Shown: positions 53,968 to 64,000 of the stretch, piece after piece
How the letters are laid out: each line of letters starts with the position of its first letter
Numbering within the stretch: the first letter of the stretch is position 1
Assembly: GCA_051362555.1 (NCBI GenBank)
Contig: CM120643.1
Span: forward strand, 21,642,848-21,706,847
Source of the DNA: Lingula anatina
Taxonomy: Eukaryota; Animalia; Brachiopoda
Length of the DNA stretch: 64,000 nucleotides
Reading direction: 5' to 3'
Program-made: the position numbers and the translations under genes
Notes under the pieces: generated by a model
The model's input: only the letters and a program-made list of their open reading frames with translations
Database searches by the model: none
Told to the model about the DNA's origin: nothing

Positions 53968-55303
53968 GGTCTATAGTCACTTGCAGTGAAAAGAACCCAT
54001 TTAGATAATTTACTTTTTTGTTAAAATAGCACGTTTGGTGAATCAGCAACAGTGGGGAATATTATCCTTGAACAAAAAGCTTTACTTCAAAGCAATTCAA
54101 CTTCAAACAAGTTCTATATTGTTTGGTAGATACCAGTTGCAACATTTGTTCTGTGAATGAACATTAATATACTTAGAATTTGTATATACTATAAGCGGAG
54201 TCAAAATGATATTAATGTAAGCTCTTAGTACTTATATTTATATTGCAATAGCCACACCACGTCTTATTAACATTTCATGTGACCTTGAATTACTGCGTTC
54301 ATGTTGAAGTATTATGCTGACAAGATCAACTCTATTGTAAATTATGATGTAATAACAGCGATGATTATGTTGCAGTGAACAATTAAAGATGCAGCTATTG
54401 ATGATAAAAGAAGTTTAGTTTTGTACCGTATAAGGTGCTAAGCTCATAGAAAAAAATACCTGTTGTTCATGCCATTTGTATTACCAAGTTATATTTTTGA
54501 TTTGTGTAATTTACACATCTTAATGGCTACTTAGCTAAAAAGGCTCCCTATCAAATTGCCAAAAATATCCAATGCACATGTAAGATTAAGTCACGTTTGT
54601 ATAATGAAAGAGGACACCGATTCGTGACTTAATTTAAAAAGGCCGCCAATTAACACTGACTGAGCGCACGCGCGCAGAAGGAAAAATGTAAAAAGGCTCG
54701 ATCTCTTAAATAAATACACCTGTAGTCAACATTTCCTTTTGAAATCAGTCATTACTCCTTTAGGAATAAGTTATTCGTTACAATCGGTGCACATCTGTGT
54801 GAATTCTTATAAGTAGATCAATAGTACCTGAACAAACATTACTTTTTTATATTGCGTCCCTTTTGAATCAGGGAAACTGTCAATGATTTAACCCATTGCG
54901 GAGGATCATACTGACAAGCAGTGTGTTTCATGACATCTGTTGCTTTTTGATTATCTTTTTCTCTCGTTTTGCTGTTGAACCTTTTTGTTCGTTTAAATGC
55001 ACGATTGCAGACCCTCTTTCTGTTACCGACAGTGGGTCATTTAATAGAGCGGGTAAACAGCACACACAAAAGGGCATTATGTCCTGCGCGATTTTTGTGT
55101 ACCCTCACAATCGATTTTCTTTTATTAAGCCTTTCATGGATATACATTCCGGCTTCTTGCACAACACCCCGTGCATAACTAAAGTTTGAAGGTGACATTT
55201 TATAGAAGAAGTGACTTAACAGCCTATTTATCACATATAAAAATCGTGAGTAACGCGCGTTTTTTTAGCAGTTTGCAGTTATCATTGAGACAGAGTTGCG
55301 AAA

Positions 55304-58300
55304 ATGTTGGTATCTACAGTTCTACCACTTCTTTTCGCACTCGCCATACCCAGTTTGGCGGATTTCACTCACCATGTGGTACTTAAGGATGGCGTCTACT
55401 TTTTGTCCTGGAAATTCGATAATGAAACCATCACGTTCGAGACCCAGGTTCGTACCACAGGCTATATAGGACTTGGATTCTCTCCCAATGGGGGTATGAC
55501 AGGGGCGGATATCGTCATCGGATGGGTGAAAGATGGGACGGCGTACTTGAAGGTAACCAACAGTAGATATTATTTTATCATATTTTTTTTTTGTTTTACA
55601 AGGGCGTGGTTCTAGCATTGCGCTTCATCAGCAGTTTTTTTTATTGACTAAGTGTTTAATTGTAAAAGGAAACGAGAAAAGGTCGTCGAGAGGCATCTCT
55701 TGGTACAAGGCGGAGGAGGTTATGAAAGTAACGGTGCATTTATTCTGCCTTTTGCATCCTAATGTAGTGGCGGATTTAGGGGCTTCAGGGGGGTCCTGAC
55801 TCGATTTCTGAAAAAAAAATCACACCAAGGACCCCCTCTTGAAATTTGAATTTTGACTAGTTGAATCATAGCTCTAAACTGCACCAAATGGCAGTTATTC
55901 AAATAATCCTGTATACGCCCCTTGTATTGTCTGAATACCTACTTCTTGAAAAATAAACATCGCATCATAATTTAAGTGAATTTTTTTAATGAAAATAATA
56001 CTCATTTGACATCGGACCTGCAACCGCTTGGAGAATTAATTAGTTTTGACCTATCCTCGCCATTGGTCACAGGGTATTTCCATGGAGATGAAGGGTAGTC
56101 TCCTCGTAGTTGCAGTAAACTCCCCAGCCATCTCGCTTAGTCTCCATCATTCTTTACCGAAGGAACTGATCGTTCAGAACTCGCGCCAAAGACTTGTGTC
56201 TGGCCCTCCAAAACTTGTTTACGTTAAATATATGGTGTATTTTTTAGTGAAGATGGTGAAAATGCAGTGAACAGTGTGCCTTAAATTTGTCAAGTTTTTG
56301 TTGTTGCATATTAACAACTTTCATAACGTGATCTGGTTTTTACCCTTGGCTCTATAGTCAGTCAATACTGGAGGGAAGGGATACAATAGGCAGGTTTTTC
56401 AATGGTACTTTAGAAGCGAACAATTGATACCAGTATGTGTTTAAAGGTCACAGCAACGCGAGGAAATTAAGATTCGCGTTACATCTACAAGTGCAAGCCC
56501 GGCTGATTTGCGTCATAGGGCGACAACATTAAAAAGACAAAATGGCATCTCATAAAGTTAATTATTTACTTGGTAAATACATATATTTGCAGGCGTGCTT
56601 TAAGTTAATCTTTGCATGGAAATGGTTTGCGTTTGAACAGACCCACTGCATCGATGAAAGTCAACAATTACCATGCTGTTGTTGAAAAAGAGGTTCTTGA
56701 GCTTTAACCCTTCAGCTGTTTCTTGTTCTACCTGCAATTTTTAATTTATTTTTTATGTAATTATTCATAAATAATATTATATTCACAGTTTTAGTTATCT
56801 TATATTTTACCTGAGGTATTTTTATACATAAATATTTGCTAAATAAAGTATTATAATCATTATTATTAGTGGGGGCGACTATTATATTCACAGTTTTAGT
56901 TATCTTATATTTTACTTAGAAGCAAATACCTGAGGTATTTTTTATACATAAATATTTGCTAAATAAAGTTTTATAATCATTATTATTAGTGGGGGCGACT
57001 ATTGAAATGTTTTCGGTTAAAGGTCGGTTAATCTGCACACGGTTATAACTAAAAAAGCTGCTGACATTAAAACGTTTGATAGAATATGTTTTTTTTTTTA
57101 AACAAAAACCTGTTTATTATTGGATTTTTCCTGTAGCATTGCAGCTTTCTTGTTTTTGATTGTATCTTTAAACTAGTAGTTATTTTTATCCGTGGTTTAG
57201 GACCGCTACGCGACGGCGGAACAAGTGCCCTCTATCGACGAGAACCAAGATGTGGAGCTGATCTCTGGCAGCGAGAACAGCACCTTTACAACATTACGCT
57301 TTAAGCGTAGACTGGACACGTGTGATAGCAAAGATAACAAGATAACAGTGAGTAATAAAAATAATTTCTGGAATAATTTCCCAAGTGATTACCATTCTTA
57401 ATTTTCGGGGGTCTACGTCGAAAATAACTTGTTTTTACTATTGCAGTAAAAGTCCTGTCTTGATTTTCCAAAGTAAAGCAAAAAGGAAACGTACAATTGA
57501 AAAAAGTACGCAAATTAAGCTATTTATATTCCAAATTTGTAAGAGGAATGATGCCAGTTACATGTTTTATAATTGCTTGGTAGACGTATGCTGTATATTA
57601 AAAACATTTCCTTTATTTTTATTTAATGCCCACAAGTGCACCGGGTAGTACAACATGGATGATTTATAAGAAGTCCAAAGTGCACATTAAACAACATAAT
57701 ATCAATTGAAATAAATGATGAGCAAAGAGGAACTTTTTATGGGTATTCAAACTTGTGGCATGTTTGTACAATCAGATAATAAGTATTCTATTTGAGAAAG
57801 AAAAATAATGTATCAAATTAATAATCACTATGTGTGGTTATGTTACCTGAAGAAGACTGACTGATAAATATTGTGAACGCATGAATAGATATACTTGCTT
57901 TAATGCGTTATTAGTCGGGTGTGTGTTACCCATTAGTTCAGTTGTAAATATGAAGCATTTACTCTCATATTACATAAAACTGAAAGGCTCGCTCTGGTTA
58001 TATAGCACAGAATAAACCACTTGCACCAATGGTTGGTTTTGGTTTCGGTAACATGTTACATTATACTGTTGTGGTTCGCGATTTATATATATATATATAT
58101 ATATTCAAAACGATACATTTTTTTAGCAAAGTACCATGCGTATCGTATGGGCTTACCACGATTCAGACCCATTGACTGAGACAGACCTTCTGTACCATGG
58201 AAACGTGAACCGCGGAGCGAAGAGCATGTTCCTTCTCGAGCCCGCTGATAATCCAGTTAACACTGTCACTATACCAAACGATGCATATACCATGGATTTT

Positions 58301-61300
58301 ATTAATAATAAGGTAAATCAATGAAGTATATCAATTCCATACGTAACAAGGATCTCATGCCTTCTGTAGATTAATTGCCAATCCGTTCTACTCCAATAAT
58401 TTCCCCAGACACAAGTAAATTAGTTGAAAAGCTATGATAGATCTTTGATATACCAACGCTTGAAATTAACATTTCAACTCAGGAGGACCTAAAACGGAAT
58501 TATTACTCCGTTTTTTCACCAGTTTTCAATTTCCAGGTTCAAGTACCCTCAACTTCTGACACAACGTATTGGTGTTCCGGTTTTACGCTGCCGAGTTTTT
58601 CTGGCGTCCATCACATGATAAAGGTATGAACCCTGTATTAAGCAACTGTTATTGTTTTTGTTGAAAGTCAAAGAGAGGGGACTCGCGTGTCTAAATGTGA
58701 CAAGCTCCAAAACGCATGGATAATACGATTACATTCATAATCAGATTGTACCCTTTGCACGACGCGTTTTTTACCCCCTCCCCCTCGTATTTCACCAACT
58801 GATGTGCAGTATTGAAGACAACACGAAAACTGCCCCTTTTTGATAGGCTGAAAGCAAAGTTCGAGGCCGTACAGCACTGACTTTTTATAGTCGGTTTATT
58901 TGCACAGAGTAAATCAATAATAAATATCCATACATGCATAAAATGCTCATATCTTTCAGGCAGAGCCGATAGTTCAAGCTGGGAACGAAGCTATCGTGCA
59001 TCATTTTATAGTGTATGCTTGCAACCACCAGTTCAACTTCACCGACCACGCCAATTATAGTAGAGATTGCACGGGCAGGGGAAATATGCCTCCAGATCTT
59101 GAATTATGCCAACAAATGCTGATGGCGTGGGCGGTTGGAGGAGAGGTGAGTGTCGACAGGGTCTACATTTATGTGTTAAATGTTTGTAATCATTAATTTT
59201 TTCTATTTTTATTGATATAGATTTTGTAAACTGGCTTATTTAGCAATTGCTCAATCAATGATTATAGGTTCAAGTGTACCCAGAGAATGTTGGCTTTCCT
59301 TTTGGAGGTGAAGGTGATCCCACTTTCGTTTTGCTGGAAACCCACTATGACAACCCAGCTCTGAGGAATGGTAAGTGGCAATCCCACATCTTCAGACAAA
59401 AGCGGTTTAATACATGTATATGCAACGTCGCAAAAATCAAATGTCATTTACAAATACAGTTAAAAGAATTTATTGGTTTAAAAATTCCCTCAACACTGTG
59501 TTTTTTTGCACCTTGTTTGCGCCTTTCTTTGCGTTTGGCGTATTCCAGTAACGATTTTCTTCATATTGTTGAGCTGCTTCAGCGATAATTATACCTCTTC
59601 CAGTTGAGGAAAACTAATAAATTCACAAACAAAATACAAACTTACTTTGCATTCTGAGTTTTTATTCTGCCTATTGCAGCTATAGCCAGTTTACGCAGTA
59701 GTTCACTCACTTAGAAGAGCATACTTCTTAGTTTGCTACCCCCTTTTATGGTGTTCCTTTTCGACATTTTCAGATTACGTGGACTCATCTGGTGTGCGTT
59801 TCACCTTAATACCACGTCGGCGACAGTATGATGCAGGGATAATGTCTGTTGGCGTTAGTGTCACTAGAAATCACGTCATTCCACCGTACTATGACGAATT
59901 CTACAGCTGGGGACAGTGCTCCGATTGTATGGAAAGTGTAAGAATGCACCAAATGACAATTTTTAGACATGAACAGACGCACGCACTTTAGGACGGACAG
60001 ACTTACGAACGGACGGGATTACGTGATCCCCGACTTTTTTTCGCAAAAGTACAGGGATAAATACCGTAACAGTATTGCAATTTTTTTTATACATTTGAGC
60101 TGTAATTAAGACAACACAAGAAAACAACAATAAATAAATAAAATTAATGGTAAAAATGTGCTACATATGAGTGTTTTGTAACCCTGAGGTATGCTTACGT
60201 TAGTACAAGCTTCATGCCTACCTTTGCAGGTATAAGACCAACTTTCAATTAAATTTGCAATTGAACACCAGTTTGCAAACTTTCAAACAAGTTTTAAAAC
60301 TCATGCAGTTCAGGTTAATTTATAATTATATATTGTATCGCCACTCGAAGGATGTATAATGGCATTGGATGATACAAAATACTCTTGTATGAACCGAACC
60401 AAGTGAAATTGCATGGAATTTTCTACCTCTGATCTGCCCCCTGACCCGCAAACTACTTTGGGCATTATTGAAAATACATGCTCGCCCCCTCGTTTACTTT
60501 GTCCCTTTTTTCTATACATGCAGGCTTTAGAAAATGTGCCAGAAGGAATCAACGTATTGGCTGTGGGGCTGCACACACATTTGGCGGGAACTGCAATTTA
60601 TCTACGTCAATTCCGGGACGGAGTGGAACTTCCTTACATAGCATATGACGAAAGCTACGATTTCAACTATCAAGAAGGCAGATATTTCAAGGAACCGAAA
60701 AGAATTCTTCCGGTGACTTCATATTTCCTTGCTTAATTGCCTGTTTATTAATGGATAGAGAAAGTTTTACCGTGGACTTTCAAGTTTCAGTTTTTTGCTG
60801 TATATAATGATAATTCATATAGTTGACTAAGAAATGTTAAATGTCGGGGAATGGAATGTCTTCGTGTTCTGACATCATAAGTTTTATTTAAAAAAGAAAT
60901 TAGTTTGCGCCTTGTAAAATGATACACCTCATGTTTAGTTTAAACATTAATTTGAAAAAAATATTTCAGAATGATGCCTTGGTGACCCAGTGTAAATATA
61001 AGAGCAGTGATCGAACCGCTGTCACGTGGGTAAGATTTGCAGTATTACTTTTTACTTTTATGACATTCCTATTTTTGGACAATAATAACGATGGAAGAAC
61101 TGAATTCTTAATTGTTTAAGGGCAAATAACACGCAAACGTTTGTGGGACCAGCAACATAACAATACCGTTGTCGTTTTACATAACGGCACGGTGTTTGGC
61201 ATGTTGAAAGTGCATCAGGTATTCAAGATGTAAATCAAATATGATTTTAGGGTGGACTCGGAACCAGGCAAGAAATGTGCCTTTCGTTTTTGTACTATTA

Positions 61301-62459
61301 CCCACGAGTGAACATGTCGGGGTGCCAAAGCGCTAATCTGCAGTCAGAGATGATCAAAATCGCCCCGCAGTTGACGCCATCGTAAGTAACATAGTGTTGT
61401 CATGTCAGTGGCTTAATATCTTCTATAAGTGGGTACTTGCAGTTTCAGACTTTTGGATAAGGGCACTATTGAAAATTTATACCTTCCCCTCATGTGTCCT
61501 GTTCGTTTAGGAATTCTCTCTATCAAAGAATTTGAAAGGGCCACCTCAAAGAAGATCGCAGCTTTTAACTGCAGGTCTGTTCATGTTCGTTTTTCATGGA
61601 TGTATGCCATTATGAATTGCAACAAGGCGAAATATTGAATTTAAACCAGTGTAAGCTAAACGGCAATTTATTGGGTGTATTTTAAATTTTAGTTCGAATA
61701 ACCATGGCTACAGTGTTATTATCCAAGCACCATCGCAATATGCAGGGCGTAGATTTACAGATGTCATGGAAAACTTGGTGAACTGGCAAGACGACAAGAC
61801 TCGTGTAAGATTTCAAGCTCTCGAGATGAATTCCACACGAGTGCAATTTTGTCAGGGAATAAATGGATATGGACACGTAAGTATAATTTGGTCTTTTATC
61901 ACAAAAACACCAAAAACATTCCGTTCTAAATGCAAGGTATATGTATTTCATTTGGATAGCTTAGTTACGAATGGAATATCTGCAATGTATATGCAATAAA
62001 GTTTAAATCACCATTCAAATGTATCAGTTGGTATCCGCCAAATTAAAAAAATGCACATCAGCACGTCGTTCACGTTTCCAAAGGGACCATGCATGCAGTA
62101 TCTCTAACCATTGCTTCAACTGTCTAAGTTTGTCTTCTTCACATAGAGCTGAACCTGTTAACATGGCAACCGTCCTTAAGGTTCGAAGTTTCATTTGTTG
62201 GAAATATGATCTGTTAGAATATCATTTAACGGTTATTCGCGTCTCGTTGCAGGTGAGCCTGATCCAGAAATTGCAGATCAGCGCACCATACAAACTTCCC
62301 CAAGCATCGTGTCCATCCACAACCACTCACACTCCAACCACTCCAACCACTTCAACCACTCCAGTCACCATTGGGTCTATATCGTCTGCTGATAGAACGG
62401 TTTCTGTTACCATGGCAACCGTTCTGTGTGGCTTGTTCACACTGCTGTCGAGGATGTGA
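55304..62459 (+). CDS. MOXD1: DBH-like monooxygenase; exons 55304-55552, 57201-57347, 58127-58312, 58537-58623, 58960-59145, 59268-59370, 59774-59937, 60524-60712, 60970-61029, 61251-61381, 61693-61876, 62253-62459
   Basis: Signal peptide; DOMON domain (GFSPNGGMTGADIVIGW); TTYWC; CuH ligands VHH and ETHYDNP; CuM ligands HTH and QEMC; YDFNYQ; Thr-rich stalk and hydrophobic C-terminus; TATA-like CATATAAAA at ~55235. Confidence 0.93.
56775..57003. repeat. Two-copy tandem duplication (~105-120 bp) in MOXD1 intron 1
   Basis: TATTATATTCACAGTTTTAGTTATC...TAGTGGGGGCGACT occurs twice; the second copy has a ~14-nt insert. Confidence 0.9.
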
Positions 62460-62993
62460 TGCCATACGTCAGCATGCAGGAAACAGCGAATTTATTTAGT
62501 TCCAGGATTTCTTTATAATATTCAAGAAGATAAAACCTGTGGGGGTTTTCTACCTAGAGCCTCAATTTACCCAAGACTTTTGACCTTGATGATCACGCGT
62601 CTTTGTATTTACCTGCCTCGGAGTTTACATCTGTCTTTTCTTATGATATATGAAGTACATTACTAGTTGTTTATTCGGTCTGTTGTTTGGAATAGGATAT
62701 TTAACTTAACATGGATTATCACACACGTTTGGACGTTCATGTGAACCATAATTGAACGTTTTGTGGCTCTTTTTTGACACTTATATTATGAATAAAACTG
62801 CAACACAGTGGACTTAGTAACTGGAGTTTGACTCAAATTTTTGCTTCACTACTGCAGCTGTTTTTGATTTTCCTAATAGTATTGTAATATAATCTGACAG
62901 TAGATAATTTGCCATTGTTTTTTTCACGCATATTCCTACTACAATATTTGTTAATGGTCTAAACTTTAATTAATCTATTACATTACTCCAGTT

Positions 62994-63708
62994 GCAGTCA
63001 GCAAATTGGGCTTAGGATAAGCAAAAAGAAGACTGAAGTGATGGCATTAAATATACAATCACCACCACCAGTTGAAGTGGAAGGCTGCATCCTTAATAAC
63101 ACCAGCTGCTTTACATACCTAGGAAGCATTGTAGCCACAGATTGAGGAACCAGTAGAGATGTCAACAACAGACTAACCAAAGCCAGAAATGCCTTTAAGA
63201 GCTTAAACAAAATCTGGAAATGCTCTCAATATAGTATAAAAACCAAACTCCGAATATTTGAGAGCTGTATACTATCAACTCTTCTCTATGGTTCGGAATG
63301 CTGGCGCATAACTGAAGAAGATATTAAAAAGTTGTCTACTTTTCACACTTCAAGCCTCAGAAAAATATTAAAAATATTTTGGCCAAGAACTATATCTAAT
63401 GATGATCTGCTAAAGCAAACAAACCAGAGAAGTATAAGTGAAATCATCAGGACAAGAAGATGGAAATGGATTGGCCATGTTCTGAGGAAAGACCCAAATT
63501 CCACCACTAAAGTAGCCATGTACTGGACACCAGAGGGGCATAGAAAAAGGGGCAGACCCAAGACCACATGGAGGAGGACAGTTGAAGCAGAATTGAAACA
63601 ACTGGGTGAAAGTTGGGGGACAATTCAACACAGCGAGAGACAGAGAGGAGTGGAGGACCTTTGTTGACGCCCTAGACGCCCAACGGCGTAACAGGAGATA
63701 GTAGTAGT
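62994..63708 (+). mobile_element. 5'-truncated non-LTR retrotransposon (RTE clade), RT thumb and C-terminus
   Basis: GLRISKKKTEVM, FTYLGS, LLYGSECW, RWKWIGHVLR and GHRKRGRPKTTW; (GTA)n tail; 12-bp TSD ATTACTCCAGTT at 62982-62993 and 63709-63720. Confidence 0.93.
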
Positions 63709-64000
63709 ATTACTCCAGTTATGTTTTTACGTGATATATTCAAATTTAGGTCTTGCTTAGTGTACAATTGAGCAACATAATCATTTATTAATAGATATTT
63801 GTCTTATCTAGTGCAAAGTTATTATTGGTTTTACATTTAACATTTAACTTTTTACTGCTTTTACATTTAACTAATTTTTCCAGCTACTTTAGTATACTTT
63901 ATGAATGAACACTTTTTCATTTCATCGCTCTCATTATTTATGTCTCAGGTTGGCGGCATGATTTTATTTTATTTTCTATTAATCTATTATTATTTAAGAT

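Noticed and set aside
56046-56270. GC-richer ORF in MOXD1 intron 1
   Set aside because: Exons 1 and 2 already join in frame to give a complete DOMON domain; no recognisable motif.

Overview
AT-rich, intron-containing animal genomic DNA, probably a marine invertebrate (lophotrochozoan-like repeats); not prokaryotic. Host genes, left to right: two tandem 2-exon GT32 (DXD, SUR1/OCH1-like) glycosyltransferases (+), tyrosine aminotransferase (+), a KIAA1143/DUF4604 homolog (-) head-to-head with a BLOC1S4/BCAS4 homolog (+), an atypical aquaporin (-), an orphan pseudogenic copy of the last two MOXD1 exons, and an intact MOXD1/DBH-like copper monooxygenase (+). Mobile DNA is abundant: a Penelope-like element with a decayed hammerhead ribozyme, an integrase-only Gypsy LTR element holding a Harbinger-type transposon that itself holds MITEs, nested Helentron-type elements, many MITEs and a 5'-truncated RTE LINE. 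The most notable observations are the aquaporin lacking the ar/R arginine, patchy divergence between the GT32 paralogs, insertion-driven remodelling of the second GT32 promoter, and the ribozyme relic. I found no evidence of a wholly new multi-gene system; a tyrosine/pigment-related gene neighbourhood is offered only as speculation. All exon boundaries and alignments were read by eye, with no database searches.
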